This document shows positions 14,772 to 41,300 of a DNA stretch of 64,000 bases, one piece after another. The DNA lies in contig CM022673.1 of NCBI GenBank assembly GCA_012295275.1, forward strand, positions 22,816,001 to 22,880,000. The letters are read 5' to 3'. The notes beneath the pieces are model-generated. The model saw only the letters and a list, made by a program, of their open reading frames with translations. It was not told the DNA's origin and made no database searches. The stretch is from Chrysomallon squamiferum (lineage: Eukaryota > Animalia > Mollusca). Position 1 is the stretch's first letter; each line of letters begins with the position of its first letter. The translations under genes were made by a program, and so were the position numbers.

Positions 14772-15031
14772 AATAAAAACAAATAAAACAAACATAAACA
14801 CACTTTGAAGTATACTGTAGAAGTAAACATAACACAAAGGGAAAAGAGCCAGTATAACGTAATTAAATTTAATATTCTTTTGTCTGTTTAGATTTTATAC
14901 TCTTATTACATTGTAACGTGTTGTAAATTAAATATTTATTATTTAAATCGATATCTCTAAACAGTCGATTTGTTGTACGTCCGAACAGTTGACATTTATC
15001 GCAAATCAGCTAACAGCGCACCTTCTGAAAT

Positions 15032-20668
<5,637 letters not shown>

Positions 20669-21341
20669 ACACAGAAAGAGAAGAAGCAGACAATTGTTTC
20701 CGTTATATAGTTTATATTTTAATATATACTCTTTCTCTTCTTTAGAACTGTACGGATGTATCTATGTTTAGGTGTCCATATGTAACCGCTGTTCGTTATA
20801 TCGTTTAAACGTCTTAAATTATTAGACATTCAAGTATATGGAGAACTTCAGAAAATATAAATTAAATGTGGTTCTTTACGTGATTTATTTTTCTTCATGA
20901 GTGATTTCTGTTTTTGATTTTAATATCAACTTGACAGAAACTTGAAATTACCTGTATACCTAATGTCCATTATTGCATGTATCCTTCGTGACTCGGACTG
21001 TCTTGATTTCATTTAAGAATTAATTTTTAAAATGCAGAGAGGGAGAGAGAGTTTAACATGTTATCCTATATATTTTCATTTCTTTTTAATTTGTCGAAAA
21101 TGTAAATTTCTAAACTATACAGTCTACTGTTTTGTGATTCGATAAGTTAATTTACTCACTTTAACTTAGTTTTTCTCCTCTTCATCTTTTTTATAATTTT
21201 TTTTTATAATTTCTTAATTGCTCGATTCCTTTTTCGTAACTTATAATCAAGCGTAATTAAAAAATCTATGTTTTTGACTTATCTAAATCAATATTATTTT
21301 CTACTCATTTGTTAATATTAGTTCATAATATTAGTATTGTT

Positions 21342-21390
<49 letters not shown>

Positions 21391-21469
21391 ATATATAATC
21401 TGAAATTCACCTAAGTTAGGAAAAGAATATAATGGTAAATTATATTTCGTTACAGATTTCTGACATCAA

Positions 21470-21840
21470 AGTTTAAAAACATTTTATCAACATTCTTTCT
21501 TCAAGTCTGTGTCACAGAATATCTTCATTTATCATTGTATGAGTGAAAGAATCCACTAGAAAACAGGATGATTTCTGATGTAACGCCATTGCTCCATTTA
21601 TAGAAATAATCGGTACAAATGGACTGTTTAGTAGAAGGAGTTTGTGGATATAAAAAGTTTCTTTTTAAAATATCATCTAAATTGTAACCTCTTAGACTAA
21701 TAAAACAATTCTTAACAATTCTTCATTCAAATTTAGTTTTCAGTGGATATTTGAAAAAGTTTTATTTTCTTCTGTGACAGTGAATCTGTAATACGTAACA
21801 CAGTGTAGTAGAAAGCAGTAAGTATTATAACCGTGATTAT
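21470..21840 (-). repeat. Inverted copy of the 25255-25640 / 49310-49690 segment
   Basis: For example ACGTAACACAGTGTAGTAGAAAGC (21793) is the reverse complement of GCTTTCTACTACACTGTGTTACGT (25281). Flanks are similarly related but diverged. Confidence 0.75.
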
Positions 21841-23399
21841 TTTTCCTTGCTTATTATTTTGCTGAAGAACTACTTTGGGGAATGCAGTGTGGCAGCAATG
21901 GCGTCCCGTCTAAATACAAAAATTGAAAGAGAGATGAGCCGAGTTCCGAAGTGTTTATTCCTGGTCAGCTAAGTGCGTTGTACTTTACATAGAATACATA
22001 TATAAGATGTGCACATAAAGTTGATTCATATATATATTAATTATGCATAAGGGCTGTATACACAGGTAACAGTAAATAACTGCATTAGTTAAATTGTGTA
22101 TATATTGTTTCAATGCATATTGCATTTACTATTGTACATTAGCTACTAACGATTTGTAATATAAGATCAATAAAGTACATATTGCGCGTGACCATGTGGC
22201 GCCAACGACATGTAATAGATAGCATTTTATAACAAACATAGTTTAAAGGTACTTACCTAAATACAAAAATGAAAGAGAGATGAGTCGAGTTCCGAAGTGT
22301 TTATTCCTGGTCAGCCAAGTGGGTTGTAACTGGACACTGGTCTGTGCATTATTTTACAGCGGTACATATTAATGTATTTAGGTATTTTAATTATTGTCAG
22401 CTTATTGCCGTAATCAGTTTACTCGGGATAAGACATAAGTTCTTAATCGGCGCGTACCCATTAATGGGCCGGTTCCGCAATGTAATTATTTAGAGTTATC
22501 ATTCAATTCCCCGAATCCTCCTCACTTCCGCGTTCTACGGCTTGCTTTGCACACAATTTAATTACCGTCTGGTTATAGTGGGAGTTTTGTTTAAATACTG
22601 AAACTGGTTTTCACAGTGAGATTATTTCATTGATGTAGTTCTCTATGTAGGTATCTATTTACTGAATAAAACGTGGATGCTGTATGATATTGTATGATTA
22701 ATACCGTCTGGTTATAGCAGCGCTACGTAAACAATGAAATGTAATACATATAATTATATCACTAGTGAAATATTATTGTTGTTGTTGTTGTTTTTGTTTC
22801 TGTTACATTTGTCTTGATGCACAGAATGTTTTAATTTGTTGTCGCACTATTTCTATTTTTCAGGAAATATTCGTACTGTTAGTAATTATTATTCAGTCAA
22901 AAGTAAGATCTATTAAAATGTAAATTCCCTATTATAGACATTCACCAGTATTGTTTTATGTTAATAATACATATCAAGATGTTTATAACTATTTGTGCAT
23001 AATGAATTTGTGACGTATTTTGGCATTGTGAGGTCATGATATCATGGTACCCCAACCTTGCTATGGCCATATTCCTTTGGAGACAAATAAGAAAACAAAA
23101 TAATAATAATAATCATTAAAATAAAAATAAATAAAATGGATTAAAAAAAATACACCAGTATTAAAGTTGTTTTTTGTATGAAGCTATTCATGGCAGAACA
23201 GCACAAATGTAAGAATTATATCACTGACTTGGAGGAAATGCTAGTATACGGATTATACTACTATATATTACAAAACTTAAAAGGAATAACATTTCACTCC
23301 AACAGGAATTTAAAATCATTATCAGAAGCTTCTTAATTTTTTAATTCTGGTTTTTAATCAGAAATCATTAAATTTATACAGAGCTAATGAAATATGCCG

Positions 23400-24467
23400 A
23401 TAAATGAAAAAGAATAGGTCATCTGTTTTCCGTGTGGAAGAATGAAGGAAACTAAAAATAATATTACATAATTATTATTGACTGAAATTTATTTCTTAGT
23501 TGTAAAATATCTGGTAAAAAGTCTGAACTAATCATAACAACAATTATTTCATTCTCGCTCTTTTTGCCCTGCTAATTTAGCCTAACCTGATTATTATCAT
23601 TACTGTTTCAGTTCTGCTTTTATTAAACTTTCTTCATCTAAAAATATGTTTATTTAATGTTTGTCATATGAACAGACTCAGTATATTCTACATCCAGATA
23701 AATGATTTCTCTTTTGGCTATAATGAAGTGTAAGAGTTAAAAAAAAAAAAAAAAAAATCTGATTTGACATATTTTGTAATTATGTGGTATTCACATACAG
23801 GGTACAGTGGTTTTCGTTTCTTGATTTTATTGTCATATTTTGTTATGATGGATAATAGCAATAAATAATAATAAAGTGGAAATAAAAGTAATTAATTAAA
23901 CTGTATATAAATAACAAAATGGTAGTAAAGGTATATTTTGGTATGTGTAGGAATGCACACATCAAAGACGTTAATAAACGATGTTTAGTACCTTTCATCG
24001 TTTGCCATAAATAGAGTATATCATAAAGCTACTAATTTCATTTTTTTTTTTTTTTTGGTGTTGTTTTGGTGTTCATTGTTGATCGGTATCGAGATTTTTG
24101 TGTAATTGTTAGTTTTCAAAGTAAATATCTGACATTATTGATTTCTCAATAAAAAAACTAAGCTTGTTACTTCATCTGACGTGACACGTGACTTGATGTA
24201 ATTTTACATCTAAAATGAAACAAAGATGAAATTACGATTATCAAGAAAATGGTCATTTTCAAAGGTTGATTTGAGGATTAAATCTGAAGGCAAGACGGGT
24301 TATTTTATTTTATTTAAACTTTTGCTTAAGAAGTGATTTTTAAACTGTAATTTTATATTTAGTAAACAGGCAAGGATTTCGGAATTTCAGAACCAATCAC
24401 AGATAATCAGTTTTTCACTAAATAATCAATAATTTGTAACAAATACTACTTTGCAATAAAAATAAAT

Positions 24468-24558
<91 letters not shown>

Positions 24559-24921
24559 AGTCCATTAGTAAGCCTACAGGAAGATTAAACAATGCACGAG
24601 TAAAATAAAAATTAGAAATGATTATAAGCTTATACTAAAAATAAATGATCTAATTTCTTTTGAAGCACATTAATATACCTGTGTGTTTCATATTCTGGTA
24701 AATCTTCTTATTTTTTTTTTTTTTTTTTTTTTTTTTTATATTTCTAACACAGGTTTGAAATGGGCTTGCAATTATTATTATTTGAATTTTTATTTTACTT
24801 TTATAACAGTTTATTTTTTGAAAGCTTTGGCCGAAGAAACTTGCCGCTTATCATGTAATTTTAAATTATTTCCAACCTGTAAAAATTATCCAGTCATTAT
24901 TATTAATAGTTGTTTTATAAT

Positions 24922-24925
<4 letters not shown>
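23400..24925. repeat. Segmental duplication, inverted copy at ~42050-43830 (third partial copy ~31690-31880)
   Basis: Shared reverse-complement blocks include TTTAGTAAACAGGCAAGGATTTCGGAATTTCAGAA (24358) vs TTCTGAAATTCCGAAATCCTTGCCTGTTTACTAAA (42590), GTTGATCGGTATCGAGATTTTTGTGTAATTGTT vs 42937-42969, and the (AG)n/(CT)n tract. Confidence 0.9.
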
Positions 24926-24963
<38 letters not shown>

Positions 24964-25009
24964 GGAGGTGGTACATATCTTCACAGTCATATTCCTTGCT
25001 GCTCATCTT

Positions 25010-27094
25010 TGCACTGAAAACTAATTGTCGCAAGATTTAAACGTAAGAAATATTCTGAATTTAAATATAAATGGAAAGCCTTCAACAACAAGACATCATT
25101 GTCAACAAACAAAAAACACCAACTTTAACAAGAACACCAACAGCGACAACGTAACAAACAGTTCGCATTTATGATAAATAACGTTTCTGTTACATTTAAA
25201 AAAATCACGGTACTTGTTCATTAAATTATTTGCTACATAAGCTTTTCAATCACATTTATGATATCTTTGTAATACGTACAGCTTTCTACTACACTGTGTT
25301 ACGTTTTACAATTTCACTGTTACAGAAGAAAGTGAAAGTTTTCCTATTATCCACAGAAGACTGAATTTAAAAAGGATATTATTGAGATCGTTCTCATTAT
25401 TTATTTATTTATTTATTTATTTTTTATGTCTGAGACGCTGCAACCTGCTGAAACTGAATGCAAAATAAACTCCACCTCTAAATAGCGTCTCTTTGTATTT
25501 ATCATTTCAATAAATGTCGATATATTATACATCCAATTATAAATCAGAATGGTTTTTCACATGACAGAAGAACATATATGGCTTTGGCACTTTACAAACG
25601 AAAAATGATAAAATAGTATTTGATAACTGGATTTCTTAACGTGTAGATGTCTACTGTGTTTTTCAGCTATGCTTTATGGCTGTCACTGATAATGGTTTCA
25701 GACTCATGTTCTAGAGATTAATTCAATTAACAAATGATTTTTTCAAAGTAGAACAAGTTATGTTCTTCAAGTAGGCCGTATTAATTGCAGTTTCAGAAAT
25801 ACTTTTTTTCTTCACAGCATACTGACATTGAATCGTAAGCCATCAGGTTTTACTGACGGTTTACGACTCGATATCAGGTGAAAGTGATTGACTGAAACTG
25901 AAACATCTCTGTGGAATGTCAGCTATGCTTTATGGCTGTTACTATAATTAACTCGTTAAAATGTTCTTACCTGTGCCAGTTCTGGCTCTAGCTGGAATGG
26001 GTCTGCACAATTTTAGTCATGTCTTTTCTTAGCCATGTTCATTCAGAAATTAACCTTTCTGTTTGTCACCTTTTCCTCTGACGCAGGAAGAAAAGTTTGT
26101 TTAAGGGACAGGCATTACACTCCGACTGGGTCATCTGAATATTCCTTTCACTGTTAAAGAATTTTACAAAATCCAATACACTTCTTTTCTGCTGCAATAA
26201 AAAAAGGCATAATTTTTTAAATGGATGAATGCTTTTTTGTTTTCTTTTTAATGGCAATACAAATTTTTTAATCCGTTAAAGATTTAAGCTTTTAGTCAAA
26301 TTATTAAATCTGCATTGTTCTTTAACCGTATTTTCTAACGTAACTTAGGAAATTTTCGTTAAAGATATCGATCATTTATTCGAATACTAGGTTCAGTATT
26401 ATTTATTATTTAGTTATAACAAATACAAATTAAACGAAGCAGTCTGTATACCTATACATTCTTATAAAAACATTGCTTTGTGTGAGGGGAAACAATAATA
26501 AAGAAAAATGTAAAAAATTAAATAAATAATAATTAATAAAAAAAGGAAAAAGAAGATAAACAATAACAAGAAATCAATAAATAAATAATAATAACAAACT
26601 ATAGAGGAAAAAATTCATTACATCAATAAATAACAACAATAACACTACAATAACACTAGTAAGAACACAATTTTTATTATTTTATTTCAGCGCTCTGATA
26701 ACCAAATTCAAATATTTCACTAGTTTTTGTTTTATTTATTTATTTTCTTCTTCTTCTACTTTTTTTTATTAAGGTGTTTAATGGAACCCAGTTTGTTATG
26801 AAATGTTAATAGACATCTAATAATTTGTATCTTTTCTAATGGATTATTAAAAGCATATTGTGAGCATTTAGGGCCATATGAGAAAACAAAAACTATTGTC
26901 CTGACAAAATAACCAAATATTAGGTATATTAAACAGCAAAAAGGACGTTGTTTACTCATTAACTGATGATGATGATGATAAAAACACGGAAATAAAAAAG
27001 AAGTACAACAATATTATTAGTGATAATTTACGGAAATTGCATAACATAAAAATTGCGTTTTTCTCTTTCTTCTTTTTTTTTCATATCATATCTA

Positions 27095-27136
<42 letters not shown>

Positions 27137-27780
27137 GTGTAAAGGGGTTTTTTAATCTAAATATATGTGTTAAATCATATTAATCATGTATTTATCATGT
27201 TTTATTCCTGTCTTTTTTTCTATCTATTTTATTTTTTATTTTAATTATTTATTTTAATTTCTTTTTCTTTTTTTATATTTTTCATTTTTATTTATTTATT
27301 TATTTATTTATTTTATTAAATTAGTATTTTTATTCCATGCTGCTATAATGTACAGAGATTTATAGTGTCAAACGAGTGAATTTTGTTTTTAACTAGTAAT
27401 ATGAACATGAATTACACTCTATCCGGATTATTCAATGATAATTTAGCATTTAATTAATTATCCAAGGGATTTCATTCTTTATAATTTATTTACACGATAA
27501 AAAATCATTAAGTTACAGATAAGTGAATTTTCCTTTTAACTTTTGGTTCACACAACCTTAATTTAATGTTATTTATGGAAATATTTTGTTTAAGTTTTTC
27601 ATTTTATTAATTTGTCTTATATTCTTTTAGAATTGTCATATTTGCAGATGGGTTGGGTTATTTATTTCGCTTTTATTATTTGTTAAATTATTTATTAATA
27701 TGTTTTTATCAGCCGTAATTATTTTGTCAGATATAAAAGAGGACATTTTACACAAGAACAAAATTTAATATAGACATATG
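25010..27780. repeat. Segmental duplication, direct copy at ~49065-51880
   Basis: Collinear matches include CATTACACTCCGACTGGGTCATCTGAATATTCC (26113 / 50053), AAAAATCATTAAGTTACAGATAAGTG (27500 / 51604) and CAAGAACAAAATTTAATATAG (27753 / 51859). Confidence 0.92.
25640..26120 (+). pseudogene. Highly decayed fragment(s) of the aminergic-like GPCR (N-terminus/TM1/TM2/ICL2)
   Basis: CAGTTCTGGCTCTAGC.....ATGG...TG..CAATTTT.GTCATG (25977-26021) aligns with the GPCR TM2 sense sequence (VLALADMDLAIFVM). AGATGTCTACTGTGTTTTTCAGCTATGCTTTATGGCTG (25645) aligns with TM1 AGATCTCTATTGTGTATTTCAG-TATTATTTATGGCTA. Confidence 0.7.
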
Positions 27781-28040
27781 TGCTTAGGATTTCAGATAAA
27801 TAAGTTTACTTTATTAATTAATACTTAACAGCTAGCTGTGACTTCACTAACTGGACACCACCAAAACAAATCTGAAAGCTTTCCTGAATTGTTCAGTGAT
27901 GGTGTAAAACAACAGTTGATTAAACCCAGCCATATGATAAATAGTTTTTGTTCAGTTTGAAGCAGATATCCAACTAGAGACGATTGCTGTTGTTGTTGTT
28001 GTTATGACTGTAATTATTATTATTATTATCATCATCATCA

Positions 28041-28084
<44 letters not shown>

Positions 28085-30334
28085 TTGATTTTCCATTGTA
28101 TTTATTTGAATGTATATTTTTCTCTCACTAATGAGTTTGAGTGAAAAGATTACATAGTGCCTGCATTTTATGTGAAAGATTCTTTCCTATTTTCCTTTTG
28201 CCTCTGTTTTAAATAGATTTATAACTGACTCAACAAGTAGGAAATTTGATATAATACAACAAATATTAAAACCATTTTAGTAAAGAGATTTATAGGAATT
28301 ATTTCTTGTTTATTTTTTAATTATTAATTTTATTGTTTATTATTTATTTATTTGCAATTATAAAAATTCTGTAAAATCAGTTATGTATTTGTGTTATTAT
28401 AATCTACCGCGCTTTAGTAATTTAATGCTTGTTTTCTCTGACGTTAACCGTTTGTTTATATCAGTTTGTGACTGAACCTCATTAGTGCTTCTTTGCCAGA
28501 CTTGTTTTTAATTGTAGTTTGGTTTTCTTGGTAGTGAATTATAGAATATTCACAAAATCTTTATGTTTATATGTCCAGGTAAAGCCGAATGTCTGCTACC
28601 TGTTATCTTAAATATTTTATTATATTACGATAATATTTATTTAGCTATCTTGTATATTCATGTTTATAATTTATATTTTTACAGTTCTTAATTGTTTACC
28701 TAATTAATGACAGAAAATGGGGGTATATACACAAAAACTAAATTGCAGTGCATATGCACACGTACTTGGGCTATTTAGAAGCTGTATTATATAATTAGGG
28801 GAAATTCCGTTATTTAATAAACTAAGAAACATTGGGATTTAACAAACTCAAAATTGGCATTAAAAGTAAATTCAGAAAGGATATCTGCAGAGGTGCAGAT
28901 TGAACACCCGAGCGATGGGTATGTAACAGCGTTTTGAACGGGATCTCTTTGATCAATGCCCTTCTTGAGAGACTTTGTCTGTGGGCCGTCTGCACAAGAC
29001 AAAGGAAAACGCAGACAATGGTAAATATGTTTTAATGTTTTTTATATGTGACATACATATTGAATAATTCAAGATAGCTAAATCTATTCCTGTTGAATTT
29101 TTATGGTGTTATTCTGTGGAACGTACTTACATTTATAATACAAGGTTAACGTATTTTAATAATTAAAAAGAATATTTAGAAAGATCAACTAACCATCTGG
29201 TCTCAATTAGTTTTGTATTATTTGTCAACACTGCTTGCTTTGATAATGTATCGTCGAATTGTACGATTTAACTATATAAATATATATTACCCATTAGAGT
29301 TAATTTGTGTAAACTACATATATATATAAAACAATTATCCATACTGAATTCGTGTCTGTGTTATTGTTCTCTAGTGAATACAGAATAGTCATTTAATAGT
29401 TTAAGCTGTCTCGGATAATTATTACCTTGTCACGTGACGCTATTATAGTCTGCTACCCTTTAGACGGGACGAGCCAAATTGTAGGTAGTAATACCACTCA
29501 GACTAGTCATCGTGACACAGTTATCCTAGCAAGAAATCTCAATCCATTTTGTTTTACTAGCCGTTAGCATGGATACACATTCCAAGCAGTGAAACTCCTT
29601 CTGTTATAGATATGAATCATATTACTTACATATATATATACTTGATTAACTAAAGTTATATAACCTTGTTTAGAATCGAACTTTCGTGGATGACCCACTG
29701 GGTATACAAATGAGTGTTTCTCTTCTAAGACACAAGAACACACTAAACTCGGTCAATTGTAACAGATTCCTACTCAAGACAAAGATGTTAAGTGAATAAA
29801 GAAATTACTAATTTTGTCTCGGTTTCAAATCATCAGTAGATCACTTTTATGTGTTGGGATTATTTTAAAACTGTTTCAAGCAACCGTTTGATCAAATAAG
29901 TGGACTAACCATCAAGTGAATCCTACTGACAGCTGTAAATTAATTCCTTTTACATGGACCATATTATATCTTAATTTTTAAGAACTGTAAGTATGAACTG
30001 TACCATCGATTTACACGTACAGATTAAGTGTCTTGTTTGCTCAGTCAAAGTTTTCAATCAAATACAGTGTCATAGAAATTTAAAAACATAATAATTGCAG
30101 CAAATTATATAATGACCCGAATTCTCATTTTCTTAATGGTCTCGCATTTATCATTTTAAAAAATCAAATAATAGTATTTTTATAAATCGGGCAAGTATAT
30201 TTCAGTAAAAATTAGATAATTAGTTTATGGCATAACAATTATGCTCATTGTAATTTATTACATTTATTTTATTCATGTCATTGTTTAATGTACATGTAGC
30301 TTAGTCAGCTGACCACACACATATAAACAAACAC

Positions 30335-30378
<44 letters not shown>

Positions 30379-30399
30379 GATTAATGTATTTTATATATC

Positions 30400-31110
30400 T
30401 CTGTGAAATGCCCGGAATTTTGCTGATGTGTTTCTTCGGCCTTGTATATCGGTTCAGATTTACCGATTACAGCTGACTCTGTTAGTGTTTTCATGTCAGA
30501 CATATGGATAATTTCCATGTGTTTGTACTTAGACAGTTTCTTCACTTCCTTGATGAACACACTTATCTCTGATGGTATGTTCATACCTATGAGGTGTCAT
30601 CCCATTTGATCTCACAGTTTCAGTATACATTGAAATATTATTAGATGAAATGGGAATGATGTAATAGGCTATTACACTCTGTGATTAACTGTGAAATATC
30701 ATTTCAAACCTTGAACGGATTGATAAGACCAACGTGCTTAGGTCTCCAGTGCATAGTTTAAGTCTTGTTTGAAAGGAGCACGAAGACAAGGGAGTTCATG
30801 ATGCCTTAGACTTCCGCGTGAAAAGTGTAGGTCTGTAGATATAGTCGTGGAGATGAAAGTACCGTCAGTATAGATGAAGTTATCACCGTATAGATGAAGT
30901 TATCACCGTATAGATGAAGTTATCACCGTATAGAGATTCCATGTTCTTCATGATAGCGAAAACAAGGAGTTTGTTTATCTCTCCATATATAGCATGAAGA
31001 TATTTATCACTCCAACTGTAAGTGTCCGTACACCTCTATGACAACTTAGGAGGACCCAGACCGTTTACTGAGTATTACAAATTGGATCAAGTGGGCAAAA
31101 ACATAATCCT
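30400..31110 (-). mobile_element. Decayed Mutator-like (MULE) transposase relic
   Basis: Minus-strand translation KLLVFAIMKNMESLYGDNFIYTDGTF..QTYTFHAEV*GIMNSLVFVLLSNKT resembles the MULE motif LLVFAT..NL..L......DGTF......QLYTIH.......PLVFALL.NK. The downstream PSEISVFIKEVKK resembles the MULE C-terminal HP.I..FI..LK. Contains a 20-bp triplication TATAGATGAAGTTATCACCG at 30869-30933. Confidence 0.7.
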
Positions 31111-31180
31111 CTTTTTTAGATCATTTGGGAAACTTTTAGGTGTGAAATTACATGAGGTGGGCAGGCAGATTTTCTTTTTC

Positions 31181-31216
<36 letters not shown>

Positions 31217-32268
31217 TTACAAATATTGAATAAAAAATATTACATTTTAAATCTATTTACCAGTTATTCCTTTCATTTTTAAAAATAATATTAATTAAGG
31301 AAAACGCAAACATATTTATGATAATAAGCAAGGTTTAATAAAGGATTACTAAATCCAAACATGCTTATGATAATGCGTACATGTAGAAAAAAAATTCTTC
31401 CTACCATTCGTATGTCAGCAGACTTGTTTTCGTATTACCACAGAATATTTTTATATATAATATTTGTATAGACTAAAGTCTTATGAGTTTATCGGAAAGG
31501 TATTGTTGACAGTACGAAAATATATCGTTATTAGCCAAAAAGAAGAACATAACGTTATTTCGATATATTTAGAGTATATACAAATATTTCCTGCTAATTT
31601 CCAAGATACACCTTAAACAAATATACTTTTTGGTTAATAAAAAAAAAGTCTAAATAAAGGAGTAGAACAGAATCACTAATGACAAGATAACGGCAAGAAA
31701 AGAGCGGGAATGAGATAATTGTTATCATGGTTAGCTCAGATTCTTTTCCACATATTTTACAACTAAGAAATAAATCTGGGTCAGTTATGGAATATTATTT
31801 ATAGTTTCCTTCATTCTTCGACCTGGAAAACAGTAACCTATTCTTTTTTTATTACTCGGCACATTATCTCTATATAAATTTAATTATGCCGTATTTCACC
31901 GATTTCTTAATAAGAACAAAAACAAAACAACAACAACCCAACAACATTGTGATACTAGAAATCTCATTAAACAGTGGTGTAACAACGCAGTCACCAGTAA
32001 CACGAATTAACAGATAATATTTGAGACTGAATTTAACTAAAAATACGAACTTGTTGTAAATTAGATAGCGTGAAACAAAATGGCTGTCTATTTTAGATAA
32101 TCCACACTAAAAGGTTACGAACAAAGAAGAGGAAACTATAACCAAAATCATCTGCAAACTATAACCAAAATCATCTACGTATCATCATCTGGTTTTGATA
32201 ATAACAAGCTATAATAAACAGTTAATAAAATTCGTTAAAATATTTGCTTTTTAATTGTTTGGATGCAT

Positions 32269-32322
<54 letters not shown>

Positions 32323-32389
32323 AATATCACCGATTGTTTCATGTAAAACCAGTGAAAATCTAGAAAATATTAATGATTATAACAATCTT

Positions 32390-33382
<993 letters not shown>

Positions 33383-33669
33383 CTTAAAACAAAAAGAAAT
33401 AAAAACAATAGAGAATCACCTAACAATAGTAATAACTCATACTAATTAATATGAAATCTCATTTCATTGTGGAGTCGATTCAAAAGAGTGACAAATTTCA
33501 GGAACCGTGCCCATCTGAATTTTTATAGACAAGGAAGTTTTTAATTATTTACACAAATCTATACATTTTAGAAAGTTTTTCAGCTTAATCTGTTTCTCCG
33601 TAATATATTATTAGATCATTCATTTACATATTACATCTGTATTTGATTTTATTCATCTTTCCCCTAAAC

Positions 33670-34000
33670 CAGGGGTTTTCAAACTTTTTGACCTGCGGAC
33701 CCCTTTATATTTCAGGCTTTACCTTAGGGACCCCCTTATAAACGCTTATGAAATTTATAATAAATATTTGCTTAAAATAACATATATTTTTACATTTATT
33801 TAGGATATATTAGGATATATTACAAAATTATTTACCTGTTATTTCATGCGCTCACATTTACAAATATAAGAAAAAAGATTTCGATTAAAAAACATATATA
33901 AAATCAAACTGCCCATAAAAAGTATTCGCAGTCCACGGACCCCTTGTCTTGTACTTGCGGACCCCATTGTGGTCCGCGGACCACAGTTTGAAAACCCCTG
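33670..34000. mobile_element. Non-autonomous hAT (Charlie-type) MITE, 331 bp
   Basis: Perfect 16-bp TIRs CAGGGGTTTTCAAACT / AGTTTGAAAACCCCTG, 8-bp TSD CCCTAAAC / TCCTAAAC (7/8), and repeated GGACCCC subterminal motifs. Confidence 0.95.
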
Positions 34001-34136
34001 TCCTAAACAAATGAATAATGTTTACTGAATAACAGAGACAAATGCATTGCAATTGTATGTTAGTTAATATAAACGCGTTTATATTACTGTGTTTTATTAT
34101 TGTGTGTTTTATTTTTTTTTTTTTTTTTTTGTATTA

Positions 34137-34248
<112 letters not shown>

Positions 34249-35161
34249 AATGACTCTGTATGTCAGAAACACATTATTGTTACTAGTAAAGTGGGTATTG
34301 TTTTTTTTTTTTTTTTTTTAATGTTTTTTTTTTTTTTCAGTTATTTGTTATTGTTGTTGTTTTGTTTCCGTTGGTTTGTTCTGTTGCTATTCTTTTTTAT
34401 TATTCTTTTTTTTCTGTGTGTTTGAATGAGTGTGTGTTGTTTGATTACTGCTGTTATATTTAGCTTTTTTCATTTTATTTATTTATTCATTTATTTATTT
34501 ATTTTGTGTTGTGTATATGTGTGTGTTTGTGTGTCTTCGATTGTTACATTGTCATATTTTGCTTCTTTTATTTATTTATGGTTTTTCTTTATTCCTTATA
34601 GTTTTTGTTATCGTTATTATTATTATTATTAGATTTATTTATTTGTTTGTTTTTAATACATCAAGGTTTTTACATATTTTCAAATATCAATTTTCTATTC
34701 TTGCTTCTTAAGACAAAATATTTATGCTGTGTATAAATAATTCTAGAGTTTTTTCTAGCCTATAGACACAAAACACTGGTTTCCATGAGTGACTGGAAAT
34801 AATACGGTAAATAAACTTTTACTGGGTCACACAGTTTATACCAGAGAAAAAACAGTAAATACTTAATGAGTCTTTCACTGTTTCGTTTCGTTTCGTTTCG
34901 TTTCGTTTGTTTGCTGTTGATTTTGTTGTTGATTTAAAAAGTAGGCCTACATCGGTGAATAGTTTTTGTCATGGATTTTTATCCTATTTCTATTTCTTTA
35001 ATTTAATTCAATTCAATTCAATTCAATTCAATTCTGTTTAATTACTAATTTATTTATTTTCTATTTATGTTAAGTATTATCGATATTGACTATTCATCCG
35101 AAAAAGTTTAAATAAATAAATAAAAGAAAGAAAAAGGAAGAAATCGCGTATATATATATGC

Positions 35162-35194
<33 letters not shown>

Positions 35195-35859
35195 GGTGTG
35201 ATAAATGATAACTTACAAAAAAATTATACTTGCTTTATTAATAACAAAAATAAAAAAATAAAAACAAATAAACCACATCCACACACTAATAAAACACAAT
35301 AATATTAACTAACATACAGTTGCAATGCATTTGTCTCTGTTATTCAGTAAACATTATTTATTTGTTCAAGGGAAAGATGAATAAAATCAAATACAAAAAT
35401 AAATAAATAAATAAATAAATAACTAAAATTATTATTATTATTATTATTATTCTTATTATTAAAAACTGAAAATGTCATGCATTTATTATTTAATAATATA
35501 TTACTCTTTACTTTCATTATTTTAAACAGACTTTTCTTCAGTATTTTATAACTAAATTTTTTGTAACTAATTCAATATTTCAAAAAAGAAAATATATACG
35601 ATTACTGCAATAGATTGGCCATATCGAGCATGTGTTCTAAGTAAGACCGTTAACATTATTATTTTCATCTTAATTGTCATTTTATTACCTTTCATAGAAG
35701 TACATTGTATACTTTGAAGTATACTGTAGATGCGTAAATGAAATATTTATAAATTAAATCGATACCACTAAGCAGTCGATTTGTTGTACGTCTGAGCAGT
35801 CAGAAATCACACACAGCTGATATTTACCACAAATCAACTAACTGCGCACATTCTGAAAT

Positions 35860-41300
<5,441 letters not shown>

